Assembly: GCA_040768605.1 (NCBI GenBank)
Contig: JAXGMP010000001.1
Span: 1,483,740-1,547,739, forward strand
DNA length: 64,000 nucleotides
Direction of reading: 5' to 3'
Origin: Anaerolineae bacterium
GTDB lineage: Bacteria; Chloroflexota; Anaerolineae; UBA1429
The position numbers were made by a program, and so were the translations under genes. The stretch's first letter is position 1; each line of letters opens with the position of its first letter. A model generated the notes under the pieces. It did no database searches and had not been told where the DNA came from. It was given only the letters and a program-made list of their open reading frames with translations. Positions 38,413 to 47,966 of this stretch are shown piece after piece.

Positions 38413-39558
38413 CTAGTATGCGCTGCGGTAGATCGCCTCGACGTCGCCCAGGGTGAGCTCACGTGGGTTGTTGCGCAACAGGCGCGTCACCTGCATGGCG
38501 GCGACCGCCATGTGTGGGATGGCCTCCTCGGGCACGCCCAGGGCGCGCATCTGCTGCGGGACGCCGCAGCGCTCCATGAGCACGCGCACCCGCGCCACCC
38601 CTTGGCACGCAGTGGTCAGCGCCGACGGGCCCTCCGCGACGCCAAGGGCTCGGGCAATCTCGGCGTAGCGCTCCGGAGCGGCCGATAGGTTGTACTCCAT
38701 CACCGTAGGCAGGAGCACCGCGTTCGAGATGCCGTGGGGTACGTGGAACTCGCCCCCCAGCGGATAGGAGAGAGCGTGCACAGCCGCCGTGTTCACCGGC
38801 CCCAGGCAGAGGCCCCCGTAGAGGCTGGCCAGCGCCAACCCCTCGCGCGCCTCGGCATCGTCCCCGTCGGCTACGGCGCGCTCGAGATGCCGCCCCACCA
38901 GGCGGACCCCCTCGAGGGCGTACAGGTCGATGAGGGGGTGGGCGAAGCGGTTCGCGTAGGCCTCCAGGCAGTGGATCAGGGCGTCCAGCCCCGTCGCCGC
39001 GGTGACGCCCGGCGGCACCGTGCGGGTGAGGAGCGGGTCCACATAGGCCGCGTCGGGCACCAGGAAGGGGCTTACCACGCCCTTCTTGAGGGCGGCAGCC
39101 TCGTCAAGCAGGATGGCATTCGGCGAGACCTCGCTGCCGGTACCGGCAGTCGTGGGCAGGCAGACCAGCCGCGCCCCACGCCCGTGCACGAGGCCGATGC
39201 CAAAGAGCTCTCGCACGTCCTGGGCACTGTCGAGGAGCACCGCGATCAGCTTGCTCACATCGAGCGCGCTGCCGCCGCCGATGCCCACCAGCACGTCGGG
39301 CGCCGCAGGGCGGGCCGCCGCCATCGCCTCCTCGAAGGAGGCGATGGTTGGCTCCCCGACGATCCGATCGTACACGGTGACGGAGACGTCTGCCCTGCGG
39401 AGTTCCTCGGCCAGGGGCGTCACCAGCGCGACAACCGGGGGGCTGGTGACCACGAAGGCCCGGCGAACACCCATGGCAACCAGATCGTGGACGCACTGCG
39501 CGGCCACGCCCTGGCCGAAGGCGATGCGCTGCGGCTGCAGCAAGGTAATCGGCCTCAC
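38413..39558 (-). CDS. Iron-containing alcohol dehydrogenase
   Basis: GTG start with AAGGAGA 6 nt upstream. GGGSALDVSK motif and His-rich metal site (HALSYP...HGISNA). The 85-codon ORF-track extension is rejected. Confidence 0.88.
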   Translation of the reverse strand: MRPITLLQPQRIAFGQGVAAQCVHDLVAMGVRRAFVVTSPPVVALVTPLAEELRRADVSVTVYDRIVGEPTIASFEEAMAAARPAAPDVLVGIGGGSALDVSKLIAVLLDSAQDVRELFGIGLVHGRGARLVCLPTTAGTGSEVSPNAILLDEAAALKKGVVSPFLVPDAAYVDPLLTRTVPPGVTAATGLDALIHCLEAYANRFAHPLIDLYALEGVRLVGRHLERAVADGDDAEAREGLALASLYGGLCLGPVNTAAVHALSYPLGGEFHVPHGISNAVLLPTVMEYNLSAAPERYAEIARALGVAEGPSALTTACQGVARVRVLMERCGVPQQMRALGVPEEAIPHMAVAAMQVTRLLRNNPRELTLGDVEAIYRSAY

Positions 39559-39605
39559 GGTATCTCCTTGTCTGCGGGGCACTATGCCCGCTGGTCGCCT
39601 TGGGG

Positions 39606-40754
39606 CTACATCTCGTAAAGAGTATCCAACCCGTCCAGGAACCAGTCCTCGCTGACGCGCACGTACTTGATGCACTGCCGACTCCGGTAGGAGTAGGCCA
39701 TGTGCACCAGCCCGTCGCGCGTCTGGATAATGCACGGGTAGGCGCAACGGCGGTTGAGGCTCTCGTTCCGCTCGCCCGCAAAGCCGTCGCCGGCGTCCAC
39801 GTGGCGCATCCACGGGAAGGTCTCCCCACCATCTTCCGAGACAGCCACCGTGACCGGATAACGACGCCGCGGCCAGACCGTCGCCGTCGGGTCCTCGTTG
39901 GCCGAGAAATGGTTGTGGATGAGGGCGATGCGGCCGCTCTGCAGCCGGAGAGCCTGGATCGAGGCGTTGTTGTTGGGCAGCGCGGTGCGCTCGGGGGCCG
40001 TCCAGGTGCGCCCAAAGTCGGACGACCGGCTCACATAGATGCGGTCAGCCGCGCGGCTGCGGAAAAAGGCCACCAGGCGCCCCGCAACGATCTCGACGAC
40101 CGACATCTGCACCCGCCCGCGGCTCTCAGGCACGGGGTGCTCCGTCCAGGTCTTCCCCTGGTCGCGCGAGACCTGCACGGCCGAATAGTCTTCGCCATGC
40201 CCGGCGGCGTTCAGGCTGTAGTACATGGGGAAGAGCCACTCCCCATTGGACATGGCCACGATCGGCTGGCGGCAGAACGAGGAGGGCTCCCCGAAGAAGG
40301 TCTCCACCGCGCCCCAGGTTGCCCCGCTATCCTGCGATATGCGCCGGCGGATCTGGGCCGTCCACTGCATCGTGTAGCCGCCCTCGGCCTCGCCAGCGGC
40401 CACGCGCCGCTCCCACTCGTCTCGCGGGCAGCCGCGCGTCTCCTGCGCCGTGTACAAAAGCCATACGTCGCCGTGCGGGGTGGCGAAGAGGATCGGATTC
40501 TGCTCCGACCGGGCCGAGTCGTCCGACACGAGCGCCGGCGCGGACCACTGCGAGGCGCCCTTGGGCAGACGGGCCACCGCCACCTTGACATCCCCCGCCC
40601 CCTCCCGCGACCCGGCGAACCAGGTGCACAGCAGGTCCCCATTGGCCAGCTCGACCATGTTGGCGGCATGGTTCTCCTGGCCCATGGAGGGGATAAAGGC
40701 CTCGACGCGGCTGCCATCGTCGGGGGGCACGAACAGCTCGCCTCCCAACACCAT
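39606..40754 (-). CDS. BNR-repeat (sialidase/exo-alpha-sialidase-like) glycoside hydrolase
   Basis: Four BNR/Asp-box motifs (SQDSGATW, SRDQGKTW, SSDFGRTW, SEDGGETF). The start is chosen at the first in-frame ATG after the Arg-rich extension, so the start is uncertain. Confidence 0.78.
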   Translation of the reverse strand: MVLGGELFVPPDDGSRVEAFIPSMGQENHAANMVELANGDLLCTWFAGSREGAGDVKVAVARLPKGASQWSAPALVSDDSARSEQNPILFATPHGDVWLLYTAQETRGCPRDEWERRVAAGEAEGGYTMQWTAQIRRRISQDSGATWGAVETFFGEPSSFCRQPIVAMSNGEWLFPMYYSLNAAGHGEDYSAVQVSRDQGKTWTEHPVPESRGRVQMSVVEIVAGRLVAFFRSRAADRIYVSRSSDFGRTWTAPERTALPNNNASIQALRLQSGRIALIHNHFSANEDPTATVWPRRRYPVTVAVSEDGGETFPWMRHVDAGDGFAGERNESLNRRCAYPCIIQTRDGLVHMAYSYRSRQCIKYVRVSEDWFLDGLDTLYEM

Positions 40755-41020
40755 CTCTTTGAGGTTCAGCACATCGCCCTCCCGGCTGCGGCCTGGCCGG
40801 CGCCTTCCGGCGAGCGGCGCCGCTCTCGTCGATGACGTCGCTAGCCTACCACGAACGGCGCCCCAAGCCAACGCGGCCCGCCTCGCCGGGCGCGGCCGAC
40901 GCTCGACGCCCGGTTGGCACCGCGGTACCGCTCGGCATATACTGACGTTTATCCTGCCCGCCGTCCGGACCGCAACCAGGAGTCTCACCCTGGCCTAGCA
41001 GACAGGATCGACACACACCC

Positions 41021-41668
41021 ATGGGCAACGAGGACCTGCAGACGATCCCGAAGCGCCAGGGCTCTGGCGAGGCCTTGCCGGCCCGCCCCAGCAGGCCGCG
41101 GCGCACGCTGGCGGACCTTTGGCGCGCTTATGCCGTGCGCATCATCGCTGTGGCCACTTCCCTGGCCATCACCGGGCTGGTCCTCGCCTTTCACGACCGT
41201 CTGGCGGCGCTGGCCGGCTACGGCTACGTGGGGGTGTTCCTGGTCAGCGTCATCGGCAACGCGACGGTCATTTTGCCGGTGCCCAGCCTGGCCGCTGTGT
41301 TCGCCGGCGGCGGGGTGCTGAACCCGCTCATCGTCGGGCTGGTGGCCGGCGTTGGCGAGCCCCTCGGTGAGCTCACCGCCTACCTGGCCGGCTACGGGGG
41401 CAGCGCCGTCGTGGAGGACTCGGAGCGCTACCGGCGCGTGCGCGGCTACATGGAAAACCACGGCATGCTGACCATCTTTGTGCTTTCGGCCATTCCCAAC
41501 CCCCTGTTCGACCTGGCCGGCATTGTCGCCGGCATGTCGCACATGCCGGTTTGGAAGTTCTTGTTGCCGTGCTGGCTCGGGAAGACGATCAAGACGCTGG
41601 GCATCGCCTATCTCGGTTCGGTGGCCATCGACTTTGTGACCGACCTGATGGCCAGGCTGGCGGCCTAG
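41021..41668 (+). CDS. DedA/SNARE-associated (VTT domain) membrane protein
   Basis: DedA core (YGYVGVFLVSVIGNATVILPVP...GELTAYLAGY). Confidence 0.85.
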   Translation: MGNEDLQTIPKRQGSGEALPARPSRPRRTLADLWRAYAVRIIAVATSLAITGLVLAFHDRLAALAGYGYVGVFLVSVIGNATVILPVPSLAAVFAGGGVLNPLIVGLVAGVGEPLGELTAYLAGYGGSAVVEDSERYRRVRGYMENHGMLTIFVLSAIPNPLFDLAGIVAGMSHMPVWKFLLPCWLGKTIKTLGIAYLGSVAIDFVTDLMARLAA

Positions 41669-41699
41669 GCGAAGCCGGCGCGGGAAGGGAGTGCGGCCC

Positions 41700-42134
41700 A
41701 TGTCTGATTCGCAGGTGCAGGAGTACCTGGCCCGCCTGCTAGCCGTGCAGCAGCGTGCACTGGCCGAGCTGACGGACATGCCTCGGGAGGAGTTGCGCTT
41801 TGCGGCCGACGCGCCGCGCTGGACGTCAGTACGGCGCCTGCTGCTGCGCCTCGGCGATCACCTCCGGGAACATACCACTCAGCTGGCTGAGGCGCGCGAG
41901 GCGATCGGCGCCGCGCCCACCATGCCCCAGCGCATCCTGGCACAGGCCATGATCGCCCAGGGCTACCTGCTCGGGGCGATGGTTGGCCTGCGTGACGAGG
42001 ACCTCGACACCCCGCCCGCCCCCGGCGAGTGGACGGCCCGCCAGGTGTTGGAGCATATCCTCTCAACCCAGGCCGGCTATCTCGAGGCGATCCAGCAGGC
42101 CCGGCAGGCCCGTCGCCCCGTGGAGCGCGACTGA
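41700..42134 (+). CDS. DinB/YfiT-like four-helix-bundle protein
   Basis: About 145 aa with the His-containing helices LGDHLREH and VLEHIL. ATG at 41700 with GGGAG 9 nt upstream. Confidence 0.6.
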   Translation: MSDSQVQEYLARLLAVQQRALAELTDMPREELRFAADAPRWTSVRRLLLRLGDHLREHTTQLAEAREAIGAAPTMPQRILAQAMIAQGYLLGAMVGLRDEDLDTPPAPGEWTARQVLEHILSTQAGYLEAIQQARQARRPVERD

Positions 42135-42226
42135 CGCGCCCCTGTTCGCAGCCAGAGCCCTTCGGCCGCCAGTGCCCGCCGGGGCGGCACGGACCGCGAG
42201 TGTTCATAGTGGAGTGAGGATGTAAC

Positions 42227-43507
42227 ATGACTGAGCACGTGTACGACGGATTCGACACCCGAGCCCTGCATACCGGCTACACGCCCGATAGTACCGGCGC
42301 CCGGGCCGTGCCGATCTGGCAGACTTCCAGTTATGTCTTCAGAGACGCCGATCACGCCGCGCGCCTCTTTGCGCTGGAGGAGCCCGGCAATATCTATACC
42401 CGCCTGGGAAACCCCACCACCGATGTCCTCGAGCAGCGCGTGGCCGCGCTGGAGGGGGGCGTTGCCGGCCTGGCCTTCGCCAGCGGCATGGCCGCCATCG
42501 CCGCGGCACTGACGACTCTCTGCGGCATGGGCGACGAGGTCGTTTCCAGCACGCGCTTGTACGGCGGGACGGTGACGCTGCTCAGCGTGACGCTGGCCCG
42601 CATGGGCATCCGCACCGTCTGGGTGGATTCTGACGACCCCGCCGCCTTTGCCGCGGCGATCACCGAGCGCACCAAGGTCATCTACCTGGAGACGATCGGC
42701 AACCCCAAGCTCACCATCCCCGACATGGCCGGTATTGCCGAGGTCGCCCACGCCCGCGGGGTGCCGGTGATGATCGACAACACCACCGCCTCGCCGGCAC
42801 TCTGTCGCCCGATCGCGCACGGCGCCGACATCGTCGTCCACAGCCTGACCAAGTACCTCGGCGGGCACGGCACCTCACTCGGCGGAATGGTCGTCGACAG
42901 CGGCCGCTTCCCCTGGGACAGCGGCCGCTTTGCGGAGTTCGTCGATGCCGACCCAAGTTATCACGGACTACGCTTCTACGAGACCTTCGGCAACCAGGCC
43001 TTTGCCATGCGCACCCGCCTCAAGACGCTGCGAGACACGGGCGCCTGCCTGAGCCCGTTCAACTCTTTCCTGATTCTCCAGGGTATTGAGACGCTCAGCC
43101 TGCGCATGGCGCGCCACTCGGAGAACGCCCTGGCCGTGGCCCGCCACCTGGCCCAGCACCCCAAGGCGGCCTGGGTGCTCTATCCCGGGCTGGAGTCACA
43201 CCCGTCCCACGCTCTGGCCGAGCGGTACATGCCGTCCGGCGCCAGCGGGCTGGTGGGGTTCGGCGTCAAAGGGGGCAGGCCGGCCGGCAAGAGGTTCATC
43301 GAGGGGCTGCGGCTCTTTAGCCACCTGGCCAACATCGGGGATACCCGCAGCCTGGCCATCCATCCGGCCTCGACGACGCACCAGCAGCTGAGCGACGAGG
43401 AACAGGCGCTGGCCGGAGTCACGCCTGACTTTGTGCGGCTCTCGATCGGCATCGAGACGCTGGACGATATCCTTGCCGACCTGGACCAGGCGCTGGCCGC
43501 CGTCTAG
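42227..43507 (+). CDS. metY: O-acetylhomoserine sulfhydrylase / aminocarboxypropyltransferase (Cys/Met-metabolism PLP enzyme)
   Basis: PLP-lysine motif [15 protein letters not shown] and full-length similarity to the OAH sulfhydrylase family. Confidence 0.9.
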   Translation: MTEHVYDGFDTRALHTGYTPDSTGARAVPIWQTSSYVFRDADHAARLFALEEPGNIYTRLGNPTTDVLEQRVAALEGGVAGLAFASGMAAIAAALTTLCGMGDEVVSSTRLYGGTVTLLSVTLARMGIRTVWVDSDDPAAFAAAITERTKVIYLETIGNPKLTIPDMAGIAEVAHARGVPVMIDNTTASPALCRPIAHGADIVVHSLTKYLGGHGTSLGGMVVDSGRFPWDSGRFAEFVDADPSYHGLRFYETFGNQAFAMRTRLKTLRDTGACLSPFNSFLILQGIETLSLRMARHSENALAVARHLAQHPKAAWVLYPGLESHPSHALAERYMPSGASGLVGFGVKGGRPAGKRFIEGLRLFSHLANIGDTRSLAIHPASTTHQQLSDEEQALAGVTPDFVRLSIGIETLDDILADLDQALAAV

Positions 43508-43550
43508 CGCTCGCCAGAGACTAGGCCCCCAAGTCCAACTGCCATAGGAA

Positions 43551-43588
43551 GAGACTCTGGCCACCTCCGATGGAGTGGCCAGAGTCTC
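43551..43588 (+). terminator. Near-perfect 17-bp hairpin (GAGACTCTGGCCACCTCC-gat-GGAGTGGCCAGAGTCTC) downstream of metY
   Basis: Long palindrome seen directly with no U-tract. Could be a GC-type terminator or a protein-binding site. Confidence 0.4.
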
Positions 43589-43828
43589 CTGGGTCATGCC
43601 CCTTGCCCCGCGTAGAACACGTATCCGCGCCCGCAAGTCCGTGCTTCCTCTCCGTGCGACTCTTCCTGACCTTGCGCTAGGTTCGCGACCAACAAGTGAG
43701 CGAGTCTTGTCCCCCTTACTGAATGCTACCTACACCCTAGCAAAGTGCTAGCGCATGGTCAGGCCTTTTGAGCCTGTAGACGAGACATCCGCCAACAGAA
43801 TGCTGTACAATAGTTAACGGAGAGTGAT

Positions 43829-44173
43829 ATGAGAGAACCCTACTTGGCCATCGGGAAACGGTTGCGCCAGGCACGCGAAGGCCTCGGCCTATCACAGCAG
43901 GAAGTGGGGAACCTGATCGGACTATCCGATGTGGGGTATGGTGCGTTTGAGCGAGGCGACCGCCAGATCAGTATCGAGCACCTTCTCCGGCTCTCGGTGA
44001 TCCTGGGGCAGTCCGCGGCGTGGTTTCTGGGCCTAGACGGGCAACTTACCGAACGCGAGGATCATCTCCTAACCACGTTCCGGAGTATCACGAGCCCGGT
44101 GTTTCAGGAGCAGGCACTGGAGGTCGTCAAGGCCGTGGCGGATGCGGACCGTCACATTTGGGAGGAGTGCTAG
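43829..44173 (+). CDS. XRE-family (Cro/C1-type) HTH transcriptional regulator
   Basis: HTH QQEVGNLIGLSDVGYGAFERGDRQISIEHL. A TACAAT -10 element and SD lie upstream. Confidence 0.88.
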   Translation: MREPYLAIGKRLRQAREGLGLSQQEVGNLIGLSDVGYGAFERGDRQISIEHLLRLSVILGQSAAWFLGLDGQLTEREDHLLTTFRSITSPVFQEQALEVVKAVADADRHIWEEC

Positions 44174-44484
44174 GCGCGCCGTAGCGCCCGCGGCCCGACT
44201 CTGGCGATGGTCAGCATGCCCAGTATGGCCGAGCGCCGGGGACCTGCCCGCCCCTCGGGACAGCGGCCGCAGAGGGACAACCGGCAACGGAGACGGCCGC
44301 GGATGGCCTACGGCGTGAATCCACTCCCGGCGCAATCTCCCAGCAGAGCAGGTATTCTGGCCCTGCGACCACAGTAGCTCAGGACGCGGTGCCGGTGCAA
44401 TAGCTTGCGACGTATCCCCGTTACGCGGTGTGACAGGTTCCGGCGCCAGAGGGGGGACTGGCGCCAGCGACGTAGGAGGTCATT

Positions 44485-45063
44485 ATGCCCACGCGCCAGT
44501 GCCCGAACGGCCATCTGACCCGCGACGGCTCCGCCCTGTTCTGTCCCATGTGCGGCGCCCCCATGTCCGGCCAGTCCGCCGGAGCACCGCCCCCGCCCCC
44601 CCAGAAAAAGCGCTCCCGGGGCGGCTGCGTCCTCTTAGGGATCCTCGGGGGGATCTTCCTCCTGTTTGTCTATGTCGCCAGTCAGGGCGGCTCCTCCACG
44701 AGCGGCAGCAGGGCCAGGGCAACGGCCACCATGTCGCCGGAGCTCGTCAAGCGCCAGGCGCAGAGCATCGCCTATGACTCCCTGGCCCGTGACACGGAAA
44801 GCTACGTCGGCAACATCGTGCACTACCGCGGCAAGGTAGTCCAGGTGCAGGAATCCGGTTCGCGGGCCGTCCTGCGCGTGAACGTGACGAACGACGACGG
44901 CTGGTGGGAGGATACCGTCTGGGTGAATTACAGCGGGCCGCGCCTCCTAGAAGACGACATTATCAGCCTGTGGGGCCGAGTCCGAGGGCGCCGCACCTAC
45001 ACCGCCGTGCTGGGCAACAGCATCACGATCCCCGAGCTGGACGCGCTGATTGTTGAGCGCTAG
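44485..45063 (+). CDS. Zinc-ribbon / single-TM / extracytoplasmic beta-domain protein
   Basis: N-terminal C4 zinc ribbon (CPNGH...CPMC), Pro-rich linker, one TM helix and a C-terminal domain of about 110 aa. AGGAGG precedes the ATG. Confidence 0.8.
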   Translation: MPTRQCPNGHLTRDGSALFCPMCGAPMSGQSAGAPPPPPQKKRSRGGCVLLGILGGIFLLFVYVASQGGSSTSGSRARATATMSPELVKRQAQSIAYDSLARDTESYVGNIVHYRGKVVQVQESGSRAVLRVNVTNDDGWWEDTVWVNYSGPRLLEDDIISLWGRVRGRRTYTAVLGNSITIPELDALIVER

Positions 45064-45076
45064 CAGCGAGAAGGCC

Positions 45077-45256
45077 ATGCCCATGAACCGGCTCTACTGC
45101 GGCGACAACCTACAGGTCCTCCGCGAGGCTGGACAGATCCGTACCGTCGAGCAACTACTCGCCGGCGAGGCCTTCCAGTATCCCCACGCGAACGTCGCCC
45201 TCACCCAGGCCGAGCGGGTGGACAAGCGGCGGCCAGAGCAGGGGAGATCGGTGTGA
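45077..45256 (+). pseudogene. N-terminal stub of an N6/N4 DNA methyltransferase (MPMNRLYCGDNLQVLRE...) with no DPPY catalytic region
   Basis: The first about 17 codons match the canonical MTase N-terminus (n-i-y-GD-l-vL). The following sequence and the other frames carry no methyltransferase motifs. It abuts the low-GC cassette. Confidence 0.4.
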
Positions 45257-45359
45257 GGGACGAACAGCCGCGACCGGCTCGCACCGCACGCCTTGGAACG
45301 GACTGGGGCCGAGCACAAACAGAACAGGAGTAGGGCAATACTAGGACGAAAGGCGGAAT

Positions 45360-45836
45360 ATGCAGATCTTCCTCAGTGACAACGATATAACCCACCTGAC
45401 TGCCATGCCCAAGCAGCTCCCCTGCACCTATCGGGCAGACCTTCGTTTACGTCTAGTGCAAGACAGCAAACTGGCCTCCTCGCTGGAGATCACCACGGAG
45501 ACCGGACAGAGATTCTGCATCAAGCTTCGGCAGTCTGTCCAGGATCCTTTCGACTTTTCGGCCATTCTGGCCTATCATCTGCCAGGGTCAACAAAGGTAT
45601 TCCGCCTCAGACGCTACAATGGCGACCACGGTGAGCATACGAACCACCTGGAGAGACTATCGTTTGAGGGACCGCACGTTCACTATGCCACCGAACGTTA
45701 CCAGGCAGTGTGCCCTAAAGAGGACTCATACGCTGTTGTTTGCGATCGCTACGATGATTTGCATGGGGCACTAGAGTGTCTGCTTGAAGACTGTGGCTTT
45801 GTCAGACCGGAGACGGATCCGCCTCGTCTCCTATAG
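45360..45836 (+). CDS. Hypothetical protein (158 aa), first gene of the low-GC cassette
   Basis: Clean ORF in DNA of about 53% GC versus about 68% background. Weak SD. No recognisable family. Confidence 0.65.
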   Translation: MQIFLSDNDITHLTAMPKQLPCTYRADLRLRLVQDSKLASSLEITTETGQRFCIKLRQSVQDPFDFSAILAYHLPGSTKVFRLRRYNGDHGEHTNHLERLSFEGPHVHYATERYQAVCPKEDSYAVVCDRYDDLHGALECLLEDCGFVRPETDPPRLL

Positions 45837-45848
45837 GAGGCCGCGGAG

Positions 45849-46625
45849 ATGGGCGACATCGAGACGATCGAAGCAAGCTTCCGGTCTCGGCTCGGTAGCC
45901 GCATTCGTTTGAAGGCGCGAGGGGTTGACCGCTACCTCGTGCTAACACCCTTTGTCTTCGAGGATGGCGATCATCTCAAGATCGTGGCCAAGAGGGTGCA
46001 CGACCAGTGGTACCTCACCGATGAGGGCCATACGCTCATGCACCTTAGCTACTTCATGGAGGACACTGAGCTCTCGCGGGCTACGCGGCGAGACGTTATC
46101 GAGCACGCCGTGGACTGGTTTGGCATCAGCAACGTCGACGGAGTGCTGATGATGCCAGTGGCATCACCTGATGCCGGCGACGCCTTGTTCACCTTCACCC
46201 AGGGGCTTCTGCGGATCAGCGATGTGACTCTCCTTCAGAGTGACAGGGCGCGATCAGCGTTCATGGAGGACCTCTTTGCGCTGCTCAGAGAGACTATCCC
46301 CGAAGAGCGGCGGACCTTCAACTGGCACGACCCTGTGCACGACAAGCGGGCTACCTATACGGTCGATTGCCGCGCGAATGGGTTACCCGTACCTCTGTTC
46401 ATCTATGGTGTGCCAGGAGACGACAAGGCTCGCGACGTTACCATCAATCTTAACGTGTTCAAGCGCTGGGGGGTCCGCAACAGCTCGCTGGTGGTGTTTC
46501 AGAACCAGGAGACCATCGGTCCGCGCATCCTGGCAAAGCTTAGCGACGTGTGCGACAAGCAGTTCTCCAGCCTAACGGATAACGAAGACCTCATAAGGTC
46601 GAACCTGCGGGAGCGGTTTGTCTAG
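45849..46625 (+). CDS. Hypothetical protein (258 aa), second gene of the low-GC cassette, possibly DUF1828/DUF1829-like
   Basis: AGGAGG lies 10 nt upstream and there is a 12-nt gap from the previous gene, consistent with an operon. About 56% GC. The family assignment is uncertain. Confidence 0.7.
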   Translation: MGDIETIEASFRSRLGSRIRLKARGVDRYLVLTPFVFEDGDHLKIVAKRVHDQWYLTDEGHTLMHLSYFMEDTELSRATRRDVIEHAVDWFGISNVDGVLMMPVASPDAGDALFTFTQGLLRISDVTLLQSDRARSAFMEDLFALLRETIPEERRTFNWHDPVHDKRATYTVDCRANGLPVPLFIYGVPGDDKARDVTINLNVFKRWGVRNSSLVVFQNQETIGPRILAKLSDVCDKQFSSLTDNEDLIRSNLRERFV

Positions 46626-47231
46626 CGATTTCAGGTTCTGTGGGGTAGCGTGTCCGATGGTTGACCCATGCTCGCACACGCCAAGGAGTTCATCTGTCCG
46701 CCCCTGGCCCTAGCCGCGCCCTCGTCTTCATCCGCGAGTCCGTCGTCCGCAACGCCGCGGGCGCCGTCTCGCCGGAGCGCCATGGCTGGCTCGCCGTCGA
46801 AAAGGCCGGTATCTACGCCGACGCCGAGGGCCACCGCTCCGGCCGCACCGCACCCTCCGACTCTGCCCCAACCCTACGGCCGGCCGAAGTCCAGCCGCAC
46901 CGGTGCTGCGAGCTCCCTACGGAGCCTAGCTCGCCCCAAAGCCCTTTCCAGACAGGTCGGCCCTAAGGCTCGCCGCCGGCCGGGTGCCAGGGGCTCCTCC
47001 CATGCAGGGGGAGCCCTGCCCGACGGACGCGGCAGGCTTCTGCTTTCGTATGAGGCAGAGCTAGTCTCCCCTCTTCCCCCTGCCCTGCTCCGCCCGCTGC
47101 ACCTGATCCGCCCACGCCAGGTAACCAGCGCTTCGCGGTGTCCCATTCTCAGAGTCAGTAGATGGTCTGAGTCGCCCGAGGTCTCCGCTGCTGCGACGCG
47201 CCTGGAGGTGAAACGGCGGGCACCCAGAACA

Positions 47232-47495
47232 TTGTGGACAAGGACGCAGGCGATACGGGGGCGGCTGGGGGGGAACCTGGTGCGGGCGCTGCGGATCAGC
47301 CGGACGGAGATGCTGCGGGCGTACCGTGAAGCCACGCGGCGGAACTACCAGGCGAACGGCGACATTGTGGCGGGGTGGCGGTGGCTGTGCGCCAAGCAGG
47401 CGCGGACGTGCGCGGCGTGCCTGGCGATGGACGGGACGCACAAGTGTAGGGACCAGACTGCGGACAATGTCTCCGGAGCCTGCCGGTCATGCTGA
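47232..47495 (+). pseudogene. Fragment of a phage head-morphogenesis protein (SPP1 gp7 / Mu F-like)
   Basis: Family-diagnostic segment ISRTEMLRAYREATRRNYQANGDIVAGWRWLCAKQARTCAACLAMDGTH. The upstream part of the ORF is low-complexity Pro/Ala/Ser/Arg, giving no intact gene. Confidence 0.5.
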
Positions 47496-47966
47496 ACCAG
47501 TATCCGGGAATCACACCCCTAGAGATCGTCCGGAGCGTGTGGCGTCTCGCTCAGGGCAGACGGAGACCATCCGGCAAGCGCGCCCGCTGCCTGACATCGT
47601 CGAGCGAGTACTGCGGCAACGGCGAGATGGACACTGGACCCAGACTCTGGCATCGCACTTGCCGCCGGACAGCGAACACGACACCTGTTTATCGCCGTCA
47701 GCCTGTCGAGTCTGCGAGGGCAACTGAAGGCAGAGTTCCATCGGATCTCAAAGATGCACGGGACGGAAACACAAGACTTGTTCCACCGTGATGGGACGAT
47801 TCGAAAACGGTGGATGAGGGTCAAGTAGCACAAAGCTGGTCCGAAGACCAGCCTTGTGCAGCTCCGTCCACCGTGCGCGACCTCGGCATCTTCATACGGG
47901 ACGCTTACGCGCCTTGATCGTGGCGGGCGACTTACCACCTCAGAGCTACCCTACGTATAGCACAAG

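Noticed and set aside
36445-38688. 747-aa plus-strand ORF antisense to GH127
   Set aside because: Low-complexity shadow ORF; GH127 on the other strand has its catalytic residues.
42135-42226. SAM riboswitch (S-box) upstream of metY
   Set aside because: The 92-nt spacer lacks the conserved S-box helices and the kink-turn and pseudoknot consensus, and it is too short for a SAM-I aptamer plus expression platform.
43640-43720. Possible tRNA or integration-site remnant near GGTTCGCGACC
   Set aside because: No acceptable cloverleaf. The T-loop-like motif lacks the flanking complementary stems.
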